Part shown: positions 38,036-50,744 of the stretch, in pieces
How positions within the stretch are numbered: position 1 is the stretch's first letter
Layout of the letters: each line of letters opens with the position of its first letter
NCBI GenBank assembly: GCA_036172245.1
Contig: JAYWIR010000006.1
Location: 5,828,001 to 5,892,000, forward strand
Length of the DNA: 64,000 bases
Source of the DNA: Raillietiella orientalis
Lineage: Eukaryota
Direction of reading: 5' to 3'
Notes under the pieces: generated by a model
Told to the model about the DNA's origin: nothing
What the model saw: the letters and a program-made list of their open reading frames with translations, nothing else
The model's database searches: none
Translations under genes and position numbers: made by a program

Positions 38036-39599
38036 GGCGGCCACGTGGCTGCAGTCCTGTCTTCTGAGAGGACCCTGGGAGCAGAGCGTGGCATCTTAAA
38101 AGTTACATTGGCTCCTCCCCCCTCCCCCCCCAAAAAAAGCGAGACCCGCAACGTGGCAAGAGGGAGCTGGAAGCGCGAGCGCGTCTTGGATGGAGGAAGA
38201 TGAAATGAAACGAAGTCTCAATTTTGCTGCCAGATGGCGCGCGTTGAGTTTTCCTTCCCCCCTCCCCCCGTGTCTTTTTTCCTTCTCCTTCTCTTCCTCC
38301 TCTCCCTCCTCTCTTCCCCCCTCTTCGAACGCTTTGTTTATCCGCCGTCTCAGACTGTCGCGCGATGCCTGTAACCGAGTGGGAGCGCGGGTGTCTCGCA
38401 ACAGCGACTCAGTGACTCCGTACATCCGAGTTACTTCCGCCGACCATACCGGGGAGGCCCTCCCCCCGGATTCATCCCGAATCGCATCTCGAAAACGGTC
38501 CTTCCAGCTTCCGACGAGCTGCAGTTTCTCCTCCTCCTCCTCCCGCACATATCTTCCCGCGGTTTCTACGGCTGCACGTGCATCGTCCTCCTACGCGATC
38601 CGCCCGCCCCGCAAGGCAGCGAACGCGCATCAAACGGGAGCGCCTCATTCCGCCCGCTGGACCGTCTAATGAATCATCTCCCGGTGACGGAGACGCATCC
38701 CGGACGGACTGGCGGCTGCAAAAGGCGAACGACGCTCCCCTGCGATCCTCGGCGGAGGAACATCCCAGGTTCGCGATCCTCCACCCCGAGGAATTCTCGT
38801 CCGGGAGGGAGGGAGGCAGGGAAAGAGAGCGGGTCCAGCGGTCCCGCCCACCGGCATCTTCCAAGATGATGATTAAAGCTTACTGTAGCTCCAAGAGTGT
38901 TGGTTCCAACTTGTTTACGTTTTATCGCATTCGGTACAGTGGTCGTTTACATGACGACGAGCCGTGACGCTCCAACAAGGAGAGGGGAAGGATCTTGCTC
39001 GAGCAGCAGTGTTTCCGGGAGAGAGAAATGTTTCCAGGACGAACCAGGAGAGAGAACCACTCCAGCTGCGCGTCGGAATCAGCATCCGAGGTTTCCCGAG
39101 GACCACAAGGAAACGGTGGAGAGGCCGGTCATCCGAAACGAGGCGGCTGCAGGACGTCAAAGGGAGTGCGGTCACGCGGCTGGAGGACGGGTGGTGCCTC
39201 GGGTAGTCTGTCCTCCTCCCTTCGAGGAGCAGTCCATCCCGAAGCCGGTTCTCCGTCCGATATTTCTTTCCTCCCAGCTCTCTTCCCAACCTCCTGGAGC
39301 CTGCTGGGGAGGTAGCGAGAAAAGGACAGCACCTCAGACCTACTGTGCGCATTGCATCTGCGGCAGCAGCAGCCCGCGCGGCCACCTCGCGGATGGTGGT
39401 GCGCGAGTGACGCCATCGGAGCTTCCCCGAGTTCGCGTGTGTGCACGCTGCAAGGAAGACGAGGGTGCTCGCGTCGGAGATCGGAAGGAGTGGAAGGGAG
39501 CCCACGCATCGCCTCCACCCCAGTGTGGGCTCCTCCCTCGGAGACGGTGGTGGTGGTGAGGTCCTGTACATCGCTTGCCGTGGAACCAGCTGACACCCC

Positions 39600-40020
39600 C
39601 GCAGGGCTGCCTCTCCAGAGCATCAGAAGCGCACTACGCCCTCGGTTGTTCTCTTCAGAGGAGGAGGAAAGAAGAGGAAGACCTTTACCCGGTTCCCTTC
39701 CGAGAATGATCCCCTCCAGGTGGTCCATCCGGAGAGAATTAGGAGGAAGAGGTTCCCTTCGGCATTCCCTTCCGAGGCAACCAGGGAGAGGGTTCTCTCC
39801 CCAGAAGTGAGCCAAACGGATTCCTTCCTCCTCTGGGACCTTCCTGGATCCATGGGGCAGTCCCTTTACTAGGGGGTGGTTACCCCCTAGGCTGGAGAGT
39901 CACATGAACCCTCGGGTGACGTGGGCAGTGTCAAAGAAGAGCTTCGTGGGTACCTCTGAGAGGGAGGTGAGGGGCTCTTAAGCATCCCTGGAGAACCAGG
40001 AAAAAGGAAAGGGAAAAACA
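39600..40020 (+). mobile_element. SINE-like repeat, 3' half
   Basis: ctcttcagaggagga, ttccttcctc, ccttcctggat, gagtcacatgaaccctcgggtg, cagtgtcaaagaagagcttcgtg and an A-rich end. Confidence 0.7.
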
Positions 40021-40389
40021 GCTCAAAGGGAGCAGTGAAAGGAGAACCCCTGGGGATTCCCCCCCCTCACAACGCAGTGACTCCTCCCTCGCGGGTCCCT
40101 GCTGCTGGAGCCAACCTTCGAGCTTGCCTGCTGTTGCGATGCCGATCGACGTCCGGAGCGACCCACATTCGGGGGTGGAGTTGACGACGCGCCTTTGCCC
40201 TGGTCGGCCGGCGCTCGCATCGCTGCGCACGGGGAGGGATCGGGAGCTTTCGGGGTCGGCATCGACCCTGCGTCTGGGAAGGGCATGAGGTGTGGCATGC
40301 GGGAGGACGGGAGACCTGCAACTTTCTTCGGGAGCGTCCCGGTCGGGCGATCGAGTGGGCAAGGGCGAAGAAAACTCCTCCCCACGAAG

Positions 40390-41150
40390 TTATGCTTTTT
40401 CCCTTTCGGTTTTCTTTACCTCTGGTTCCCAAGGGGTGCTGAAGAGTCGCTCTCCTCCCCCTCAGGGGGGAACACGAAGCTCTTCTTTGACAGCATCCAC
40501 GCCACCCGAGGGTGCGTGTGACCCTTCCAATCAGGGGATGCACCCGAAAACAGACCATCTCATAAATCCAGGAAGGCTCCAGAGGAGGAAGGAGTCCGTT
40601 CCTCTCACATATGAGGGAGAGAACTCCGGAGGGAACCACCTCTTCCTTATCCTTTACGGAGGAATCCCCTGAAGGGGGACGCTTCTCTTTTTCTTCTATG
40701 AGGGGAATCAGGAAAGGAACCGTTCCTGGAGCTTCCTTTACGGAGGAACCCCCAGGCAAGAGAATCGTTCCCTGTTTCTTTCTCTAAAGAGAACCCGGAA
40801 GGGACGCTTTCAGATGTCTCCACTGAAGGGAGCAGCGCGCTTCTCGCACTCAGGAGAGGCGTCAAGGGTTCACCAGCTCCCCCCACAGGGGAAGGGGACG
40901 GCTCTCTTTTCGCAACTGGAGGGGAATCTCGAAGGGCATTTTGGTTCCTGGAAGGGACTCCGGAGGGTCAACCTTCAATCCCTGCCGGTCAACGGGCATC
41001 CGGCTTGCAGCCACTGCCGCACCCGAATGGGCCAATCAGCTCCATCCTACGGGGAAGACTCGAAACACACAACGCACCCACCCCCCGATTCCTCGTCGTC
41101 GATCCTTCCCCTCCCGGGCGGGATTCGAACCCGCGACTCCTGGCGCCTCC
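40390..41150 (-). mobile_element. SINE-like repeat, near full-length copy
   Basis: Reverse B-box ggattcgaacc at 41121-41131; body and tail are collinear with 7950-8650. Confidence 0.72.
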
Positions 41151-41329
41151 GCAACCTCCTTCACTCGCACCTTTCCTGGGCGACTTCCACCGCCGCAGGA
41201 AGGAGCGGCGTGGAGGAAGGGAACTGACTTGCAAGTGGTGTCCTTCGAAGGAAGTCCGGGAGCAACGCAAGGAGGTCCAGCACGGGAGAGCTGGATCGTT
41301 CCGGGTTGGAGGGGAGGGTGAACTTTGCA

Positions 41330-42450
41330 GAGGCGGAGGCCGAAAGGAGTAGGCGAGCACGACTACGCAGCGCCACGCGCCCCGACCAATCCGACGGGGA
41401 GTCCCTCGTGGATCGCGGACGAGTCCAACTTGGGGAATGGAGAAGACGAGGAGCGCACGAGAGACCTTCCGTCAATCCTCCCACCGAGGAGATCCCGAAT
41501 GAGATGGATGGTGTGCCTGCCTCGTCTCCCGTGCAGTCGAAGCTCTTTCCCGCCTGGAGAAACCGAGCCATCCCGGCTGCATCCGCCGCGACCAAGTCCA
41601 ATCGGTGTGTTCCTTGCCGGTTCTTCTTCAGAAGGGCTCCCCTATACGGGAAGAGACCAAATGTGGCACCTCACCAGTCCTTCGTCAGGGACTCCAGGAC
41701 GCCACAGGAGGAACCCGAGGGATGCGGAGCTCTCCTGGTTACCAGGCAGCCGCTTCCTGAGGTGCGCCGGCCTTCGGTTCTCTCGCCGCGCGGTCTCTGG
41801 CGACTCGACTCAATTCCGCCAAGCTGCTCCCTTCGGAGGAATGCTCCCGGAACCTCGGGGGCGTAGGTGATTCCTTCGCTTCCTCCTCAGGGATGGCAGG
41901 ATGCCGCCGTTCCTGCTCTTCGCCGCTCGGCACTGACCTCGCGCTCCGATCTTCGTTCCCGCAAAGCCCGGACGACTTTCCGTCTCCGCGAGAGAGCTGC
42001 GGATCCCTCTCTCTCGCCTCCTCCCGGGAAAGTTCCTCCCATTCTTCCTCAGCAAGCAGTTTCGTCCTGGAGTTCTTCAGCATTGCGGCGACGAGGATTT
42101 CTGCATCTCCCCTCCTTCGGGGAGCATCAATCGCCCCCCTCCTACTCTTCCACCTCTACGGCGCTCTTGAGCTCTCCAAGCTTCACCCTTCACGTGGGCA
42201 GCTTTTCCCAGATTACCTGCAAGAAGAGCTTTGCTTTCCTCGAGGGTCGGTGGTCCATTTTTCTCCCGAGCGGCGCGTCCCCATCCGGGAAGGGAACGAG
42301 GCAGGTCGTCCTCGCGGGAGGGCGGGAGGCCTGGGAAGAAAAATCAGCGTCGATGTAGCAGCGCAGGAGCGAAGCCTCCCCCACTTTCTGGGAGGAGTTC
42401 AGGAGCTCTACATGCGCGGCTCACCCGTCGCTGAGCATCCCGACGGCAAG
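41330..42450 (-). mobile_element. Decayed LINE reverse-transcriptase core
   Basis: Collinear relics on the minus strand across frameshifts: KSRNGGILP (KSPGPDGxP), LWRP/SLTKD (WRPISL), FLQAGKSFD (LDxEKAFD) and GARG..SCSPTPF (GxRQGxPLSPxLF). Confidence 0.55.
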
Positions 42451-42920
42451 GGGAATAGGGATCAACCGCCCCGTCCGCCGCCAACATCTTCAAAGCCGCA
42501 ACGTGGCGAACGCTGCAAAGTGCCCTCCTCGAGACACGTGGAAGGGCTGGGCTACTGCCTCTGAGCGAGGGTTGAGGACTCGCCACGTGCACGGAGAAGA
42601 TCCGCCGCACGTCCTCTTCAGCCCTCCCCCCCCCATTCGTGAACCTGGCGAGCATTGGATGCTGACCCCCTTTTGACAAGGGGCGCGGCGAGCACTCAGA
42701 TGTGGATGCTGCAGAGAGGAACGCGCGAACCTTCCCCGACTTCGTGGCGTCTCTTCGCGCTGCCGCCATCTCGGGTGGAAGATGGGACGACAAAGCGGCA
42801 CGCAGTGATGCAAAGCAGCCTCGGCATCCCTTTGGTGCGAAGGCCTCGAGGCTTTCGCTTCCCGAATCACTGAAATGCTTCCCTAACGAATCTATCAATC
42901 CCTAAATGGATGCAGCTAAC

Positions 42921-43790
42921 GGGCCGCGTTGGCGGCAATGCAGCCGCGCGGCCTGTGGACGTGTTACTGGGCGTTGCGGGTTCGAATCCCAGCCGAATGG
43001 GAGGGGGAAGGGTCAACGCCGAAAAATAGGAGCGGCGCTGGTTCGAGTTCCTTCCTCAAGCTGATTCTGGCTGCCCAATTAGGATGCGGGCGATACTTGA
43101 CGCCCCCTTTGACTAACCGGGACTCGAAGTGGACCCTCGGGGATCATCCCGGGGTTTCACTCCGGATGTGAAAATGGGGTCCTTATCATGGAGATGGTTG
43201 ATGCCCCCTCGGAGGCTGTCTCTCCAGAGTGTCAGAAGAGCTCCTGCTCTGCCTTTTACGGCACGCGCTGGCGGCCGCGCGTGGAGGCGCCGGACGTCGT
43301 GGGTTCGAATCTCACTCGGAGAAAAAGGGTAGACGCCGAGAAATGGGGGTGCGTCGTGGTTTTCGAGTGCATCCCCGAGAGACGACGCTGCTTGGCCTAT
43401 CCGGGAGTGGCGGCATCGGTGGAAGCTGGACGACCCCGCTGACCGGCAGGGATTAGAAGTTAACGGCCATCCGGGTTCTTCTAAGCATCAAAGAGACGAA
43501 GCCAGGGCAATTACTACGAAGCTGGCTCTCCCTAAGTGGACCTCTCCTCGGGAGCTGCCTTCCTGGAGTGTCAGAAGCTCACTGCTCTTTACGGGGAGAG
43601 TTCCTTCTGAGGAATTGTAAGGCGTCCCTCCTCCAGCAGAGACGAATGATCCCTCTGGAAAAGAAATTCCGGAGCAGATCCTTTCCGGGTCTTCTTTGGA
43701 GAAAAAACGAGGAGTGGCCTTCCCTCCAAGGGTCTTTCCGGGGGCAATGGGGGAGAGGATCCCTCGGGGTTTCCCACCAAACGAGCCCCT
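42921..43790 (+). mobile_element. Tandem (dimeric) SINE-like repeat
   Basis: Two heads with B-boxes at 42979-42989 and 43302-43312, each followed by the family body. Confidence 0.65.
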
Positions 43791-44744
43791 GCGGTGTCGT
43801 CTTTCGAGATCTTTCGCTCACTCCTTGTTTGTGCCCCCAGGCAACTCGCCCACAGTTCGGGAGGATATCCAACAACAGCCCGAGAAGCAGGGTTGCAACC
43901 GGGACTCCACGTGCCTTTCAGCGCCCAGGGAAAATCCGTCCTTCATTCCCGACTCGTCTCGGCTTTTCGTCGTCCGGCTAGAGGTCGCCGTCTCTGTTGC
44001 TCCAATGATCATGCACGGACTTGCCGTGGTCCATTTTCCAGTACGCTCTCAACACCCAGGGAGCTCATCTCTTGCCCTACTCAATAGGGCAAACCGGAAA
44101 TGTCCCATCCACACCAACGTCCGGCATCTGCCGGCGCTGGCTCAGAATGCGGAAAGAGTGACCTTCCAAGAGTTCCTCTGGCCAGGTCCATGTCCGTCCG
44201 AATTCGTCAGTTTCCCCTCATCAGAAGATTCACCTTCTGCTGGGTTCTGTTTTCCTTCTGCGCATGCATACCCGAAGCGCGCGGAGGACCATAGTCCCCA
44301 CGGCGAGGGCGCAGTCTGCAGGACGACTTGGTCGGTAAACGAAAGCCGTGCCTCCATCCCTGGTCCTGTTGTGCAAGACACAGCAAGCGAGTTTCGCCGC
44401 CGGGATGCTTGCGTTGTCAATTAGGGGCGATCGTTCGGTGCAGCCTGGAGCAGGACGGAAGTCGTCAAATCACGTGATCACGGGATATCGATCGTCGGCA
44501 GCCCCACGACAGATACGTCGGGGAACGATTTTCTCCACGTGCGGCTGTTGCATTCCCCATAGCATCGTGAGGGCCGCAGGGCGCTTTTCGCATGTTCAAT
44601 CCCTAAGGCGAATACGTAAACCAGCATGACGTCACGTGAGCATAACTGCAACGTGGTCTTAGCAATAACATGTGCAAGACGTTCCCTCAGCTGAGAGGGC
44701 GTCCTGTCGGACACACATTCCTCGTACACACAGCGCATACTGAT

Positions 44745-44900
44745 TAGGGATGGTACTGTACACCACCGCACCGTACGTGCGCCGTTCCCGTTCAAGTCGA
44801 TCCCAGCACCGTCGACAGCTCTCGCCAAGCAGCGAAACTCCGCAGTCTCTGCCGCTCCGCACTGCTTGCAAGGTGCTTCCCTCGACAGCCACCATCCCTA
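44745..44900. mobile_element. Small hAT-like MITE
   Basis: Perfect terminal inverted repeats tagggatggt / accatcccta (12 bp including the flanking at). The 8-bp flanks atactgat and ataatcct match at 5/8 positions. Confidence 0.45.
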
Positions 44901-45894
44901 ATAATCCTCCCTAATGACCATCGTCCGCAGGGCGCTGCTGCACATTACAGGGTACTCGAACCATAGGGCTTGGCCGGTAGCAGGGAAAGCAGAACTCGGG
45001 GAGGAGGAGGGCGGCTGGAAGGAGGCTGCAGGGAGGACGTATTCATCCCATCTCTTCTTCCCAGCGATGGTGTTGTGCGATCACTGAGAGGAGAGGGGGA
45101 TGCGCGCTGCGCTCTTCGAGAAGAGTAGAAACGCGCATGCCTATACGGGACTCCGGGGAGGCGAGCAGAGACGCGGGCGGATGAGCACGGCTTCCCACTG
45201 CTGGTTTCTCCCCGAGAAGCTCTCGGAGGACGCCGTGGAAGCCTCTAGAGAAGCACCCAAAGCTGGAAGTCCATCAGCAGCCCTTCGATACGGAAGCACG
45301 CAAGGAGAGTAGCCGCCACCCAGTGGCAGCGAGTTCTAGTCTGGTGAAGGCTCGGAAGGAGCAACGGTTCTTGAGCGGGCGTCCGGAGGCCCGCGACCGG
45401 AATCCCGCTGTGATCCGCGATAGGACGGCCTTCCGATGGGCCAGGCAGGCAGGGACGGAAGGAGGAGCAGCTGGATGAGAAGGCGGACGTAAGGGTGCAA
45501 CCAAGAGGAACATCGGCGGGCATCCGCGAAAGCATGCAGAGGCCAATCTGCGACCCCTTTCCTTTACCCCTAAAACACTTCCGTCCTTTTTTGTCGTTCG
45601 GCATTTATTGATTTTTTTTTTTTTGCTTATTCCCCTTCCACCAAATTTCCCTTTGCGAACCTCTTCCGGCGGCTACTTCCGAAACATCAGGACGTGGTCG
45701 CACATCTCTGCAACTACGTAATGACCCATGGGTACACTGGTGGAATTGCTGATTTTTACGACAAACGCTCTGGTGTCGTGACCGGGTGGAAATGCCTTCC
45801 GGGCGTGTCCAGACCTTCCCACCCCATGCTTTAGGTAGAGAAACCGGCTGTCGAATCTACTAGCGGTGAGGTTATGGATGGCACCGCGTAGCGT

Positions 45895-46037
45895 CTCTGG
45901 TAAGTGTCAAAGGACGCCGCTGCGAGGACGTCACCGAGCCCGCTCTGGAGGCCGCGGGCGTCGCTGGTTCGAAGCCCGCCAGGGTGAAAGTGTGGACACC
46001 GGGAACGGGAGGTACGCCGTGAATTTCGAGTCAGCTC
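45895..46037 (+). repeat. SINE-like head, near-identical to 54743-54885
   Basis: 143-bp ungapped match with 8 mismatches; B-box-like ggttcgaagcc at 45966-45976. Confidence 0.85.
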
Positions 46038-46299
46038 ATGCGAGGTACGGGAATGAGGCTTTTGATTTCCCTTTGAAGACAGGAGACTTAGGGACTGCTA
46101 CCGCGAGAGCCGCCTGGACAGGAATAGTGGAGCCCGCGTTTCCGGCCTGCTCTAATCTAACAGGCGATGCCCACTCTCTGCCCTTCCACTCCAGGGAGGA
46201 AGATTCGAACTTTCACAGTGAAGACGAATTTCCACCGTGAAGACGGATTCGCGGACTATCCACCAAGCGGCAGCGCTTGATGCGTTCTGGCGGGAGACG

Positions 46300-46660
46300 T
46301 GGCGCCAGCAACCTACCAAGACCGTACCAACGGCAGCTCCATTTCAAGAGACTGGCCTTGGTGGCCAAGTGTTGGACCACCCGCTGGTGAGCCCCGGCGC
46401 GTCAGTTCCTCAGGCGAGGGTCCCGTTCCGAAGGACTGGTGACGCTGCTTTCGCGCCACCTTCGGGGAACGACCGCCTACGGCATCCTGCTGAGGCACGC
46501 GCCCGTCCCGGTGGGCGAACGTCCGTGGATCTCTTGCCACTCGGCAGACACTCGGAGGAGGTGGGTATTGATCTGACCACGTTGGTCCCATCCATAAGCC
46601 GTCCCCTTCGCCGCAGTGGTGTCTTCTGTTTAAGGTCCTTTCCTTTCCAGGTGCCTGGAC
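46300..46660 (+). mobile_element. Decayed LINE ORF1 fragment
   Basis: PSISRP...FCLRS parallels SSISRA...RCLRC in the 32200-32790 fragment. Confidence 0.35.
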
Positions 46661-48379
46661 TTCAGTCCACGGCACCTGCCTACCGGCGAAGTGGTAGGTT
46701 TTTTGCGTAATCTCGGTTCACGGGAAACATCCTGGTGGCTGCACCGCGCATCAGCTCGCACACCCTGCAGCATCCCAATGGACCCCTTCTTTTGCTGGGG
46801 TGGACTCTTCGAAATGCCGAGAGAAATCTTGGAGGTGCCCCAGGCGATGGAGGATAGCTCGTTCCTTCACCTGAAGTGGCAGCAGACGGTGCCGCTGATG
46901 CTGAACGGACCGCTCCCATGCGACCCACACGGCGCCTCCACTGGAACAGGGAGGAGCATCGGTTCTCAACCGTTCCAGGTGAGGGGAAAGGGAAACCTCC
47001 CGCCCGCCAGCGCGCTGGGTTGTCCTCTGGATTCCCGTCCCGGTGGACGACCCCAGACACGTCTCAAAGCCCCTCTGCAAGGCCAAGGGGGGCCGAAGCA
47101 ACCGGGCGCTGCCCTCTCCGCCGCCCATGTCCTGTGGATAGTCCCGAGGTGATTCCTCCTGAGATGCTATCAGGAGCAGCTCGCCGGCATCTGCAGAGGA
47201 TGCGGAGGAAGCAAAGGACCATTTTTATTCCTCCCTCCTCCCCATTCCCGTCCATGATTGTTGTTGTGGATCTCGTGGGCAGCTTCCTCCGGGTTGTCTG
47301 ACTAGGCGGGGCATAGCTTGCTGCCTTCTCGTCCTGGCTTAACTGGGTAGCAAAGGCCGTGCCAAACATTAAACCGGGCGCGGCGGTTTTCCTCGAGGAC
47401 CAGACGATTCCGTGAGATTTCCTGGATACGAAGAGGATCCGTCGAGAGAGGAAGCCGCAAAATGCCTCAGCGTGTGGTGGTTGCTTGTCTGCCCCCCTGC
47501 CCCCTCATTCGAAACCATCCCCAATCAATCAGGCACGATAAAATAATAAACGTCATCCTGGAATGGATGACTCGTCCTTGAAAGCCGCCCTGCATCTCCC
47601 GCTCCATTCATCTCAGAAGCGCCACCTTTCAAAATAGGGAGCCGACATCCAAAGCATCCTGCAAAGCTCGCTCTCCCATCAAGAAGAAAATAAATGACAG
47701 CATCCAAGCATCGCATAGGATGAAGATAATCATTCACCGTGACCATGGAGGTTTCCCGAGTGATTTCATATTGCTGAGCGATCCGGAGCGGTCGACAGGC
47801 GGAGACTGCTGTGACTCAAGGCAGAGAAATGCAGGTGCCGGTCCTGACCTGATCTGGTGCGAACAGCCTCCTCTCCACAGGTCGGGCCCATGGGGCCGCC
47901 TCGCCGGATGGCCAGGGGGAGGAAGAGGGGCCCGCCCCCTCGACCACCCAGGGACGGATGGAAGCGCCTCTGAGGAAGGCTGCGGGGGAATTGGGACCGG
48001 GAGAAGTGCGCACCTGGCGGCATCGGACGAAGGAAACGGTCAGCTTGGACGCGCCACCGGTCACCACCTCGGACATATCCTCTCTTGGGAATCCCGGCAC
48101 CAGGTACTTTTCGCGGTTGTTTGCCTTCCCGATGACGGGTGCAGCCGGGGGGAATCAGTCTGTGCTCCGGGACAGTGATTCTTACCTTCGTTCGAAGCCC
48201 GCTGAAGGGATTGAGCGAGTGAGCAGTGCTTCGCAACTCCGGGCAGCCTCCGCGATGCCATCACGCGCGGGGGTGGTCTGCCAGCGCCGCCTGGGGGTAT
48301 GGACACCCCCCGACGAGACCTCCTTGACGGATGCTGTCCGTCCCTCCCTGACTCCTGCGAAGGAACCCTTGCCCTGATC

Positions 48380-48680
48380 GTTCTTGGAGATATCCCCGTC
48401 TGCGGGGGTCGCTCACTATTTCTTCTTCTGAAGGGCTGTCTCGAGGGAACAGCGCGCGCTTTCCGATACCCTGGAGGGCGATCCTGAAGGACTCCGTGAC
48501 GTCCTGGAAACATCCCGGAGGGTCGACTCCCAGCAGGTCGGAGGGGTGGTCCGGGAGTTTCCGGCTAACAGCAGTGTCCCTTCCGAGTAGGCCGACCGGT
48601 GCATCATTTTGCGGATGGGAGAGGGGAACTCGATACCCACTACGCAGCCCATTTCTAGACAACGACTCTTCCCTCTTCCG
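48380..48680 (-). mobile_element. SINE-like repeat fragment
   Basis: Reverse body motifs tcctggaaacatcccggagggtcgactccc, ccgagtaggccgacc and actcgatacccactacgca. Confidence 0.6.
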
Positions 48681-50744
48681 AGATGCCTGGTGGTGCCTCA
48701 GCCGCTCGGGACAGCCAAGCGAGGGCGCAGCCAGAGACCTGCTGCTTCCGGCTTCCCTCTGTTCCCTTTCCCCCTTTGCCCCCTTTCCACAGGGCCCCCC
48801 GCCCTGCGGAGGCTGCAGCACAGTTCCCCGTCCTGCGACTGCTGTGTCCCTCCCTAGAAAGCCGTACCCCTCGGAGCGAACGGGATGCGCTATCCTTCCC
48901 GTCCCTCCTCCTCGCTCCGGACAAACCTGAGGGTGCTCCAGGGATGCCACCAGAGTAAGGGAAGCGCGCCTCCGGTGCCGGGGCAGCGCCCACGCCGGGA
49001 TTTGCCCTACGGATCTCCGGGGGGAGAGGCGGTGCGATGACCGGCCTCCGTCGTCCTGGGCGTCCCCTGCAAGTGCCCTTCGCGGCGAGGTCGACGGTCC
49101 GGGACAGCCCCCGGGCTCGGAGGAGCAGAGCGAAAGGACTCGCCCTCCCTGGAGCTGAGCCAGCCGCGTCCCGGAGAGGCGCGTGGGCGTCCAGGGAGCG
49201 CAACCCGTTGCCCTCCGAGAGAGCTCTCCTGCTCCCTTCAAGGAACGTCTCCCGTCCCCAGGACCTTCCCAGTGAGGAAATCCAAGGATCGGGTCAACCT
49301 TCCAGGGAAGAGGTTGCGAGGCACTCCGATTGCAGCCTCCCCGAATGCCTCGGGGCATTCGGGTGAGCGGCTGGCTCCAGGCGGCGGTCGGGTCTTCCTC
49401 TTGGAAAACTGCCTCCCCTCTTCCCTTCCGGGTGTGCCTGACCGATGACAGAGGTCCGACGGTCTTCTCCGTCGCCTGGGTAAGGTTCAGCGGATGCCTC
49501 GCACCCGTGGACACACGAAGGAGCTCCCTCTGCAAAGCAAACGCCCCACTGGACCCCCCTCTCGAGGAAGGGAAAGCCTCCTCCTCGATCCAGGAACGCT
49601 TACTTTCTCTCCTGTAGGAGGAAGAAAGGGGGAGGAGGAGGAGAAAGGGGAGAAGAGGAGAAGGAAAAGAAAGAGAGAGCCCAGCAGCCTCCGGGACCGA
49701 AGCTGCATCCAGCCTCTTTTCTTTCTTCCCAGCCCGCCGCCAACGGGCGATTCACGAGGGCGGGCGGGGGCTGAGCGCGAGGTCGCCCCCTCCCCTCTCC
49801 GGTGGGAAGAGTAAACAGTCTGTCAGCCGGCAGCTGTGTCGGCTGTTCCCGGGACCTCGGCTCGTCCCTGTTCCCGTAAATATTTATTCCGATCCCGGAA
49901 ATGAGCGGGAAACATCTGTTCCCGTCTTCCTGCCAGTCCCTCCCTCCGTGACGCGAGAGCCCGCTGCCTCGAGGGGGTATGGGGGGGGGAGGGATCCTGG
50001 GAACCTGCCTCTCCCACTCCTTTTTTCCAGCCCTCCGGGAGGGTCCCCGGAGGGCACCCTTCCCCTAAGGGGTCTCCCTTAGGGGAAGGGTCCAATGCTT
50101 TCAGAGGCTCCCGCCTTCTTGGGACATTCCCGGGATGGCATGGACTCCCCCTCCCTTGGGGCAGGTTGCCTTTCTTTGCCCCGTTTCCAAGAGGGCGGAG
50201 TGGGGTGCGACCCAGGCATTTCCAGTGGCAAAGGAGATGAGGAAGCCTTAGGCGGTTCCGCAGTCATCCGGAGGCGACTGGAGGACCCCTGATGGGGTCA
50301 AGGGTTAAGCTGGAGCTGCGGACGACAGGAAGAGGGAGCGGCGCCGGCCGAGGCCCCAGGAAAGGCGATCGCCTCCCGCGGCTGAGGACCGCGTGTCCTG
50401 CAGTACGATGGATGAGGGGTTGCCTCAGTCGGAATCCCGAAGTCAAGGGGGGGGAGGACGCCTACTGCCCGTGCTCCCGGATCGCTCCGGGAACAGTCCA
50501 CGGACATCCATGCTCTCTGGTCCGCGATGCGACCCCCAATGCGCATCCGGCCGCCACGCAGAGCCCCCGTGGGTTGCGCTTCGCCATCGACGGGAAGAGG
50601 AGGCCAGCTGACTAGGGTGTACCAGGGGAACTGTCCTGCTGATGTCATCAATGGCGCGAGTGCGCAAGCGCCTTTGTACGCGCGCGCACAAGATGGCTGC
50701 CATTCAAAAGCCCTGCCGCCGAAATCGCGAAAGCGCATCACAAG

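Noticed and set aside
41893..42564. Plus-strand RT-like words (LRGASIAPLLLF, LFPDY)
   Set aside because: The minus strand gives a longer ordered series of RT motifs, so the plus-strand resemblance is probably chance.
44421..44914. Interstitial telomeric repeat
   Set aside because: Only isolated hexamers in opposite orientations, with no tandem array.
48261..49535. 424-aa ORF, and other long ORFs such as 56408-57529, 61272-62249 and 52432-53376
   Set aside because: Arg/Gly/Pro/Ser-rich frames expected by chance in GC-rich DNA. Some overlap decayed repeats, and none shows a coherent domain.
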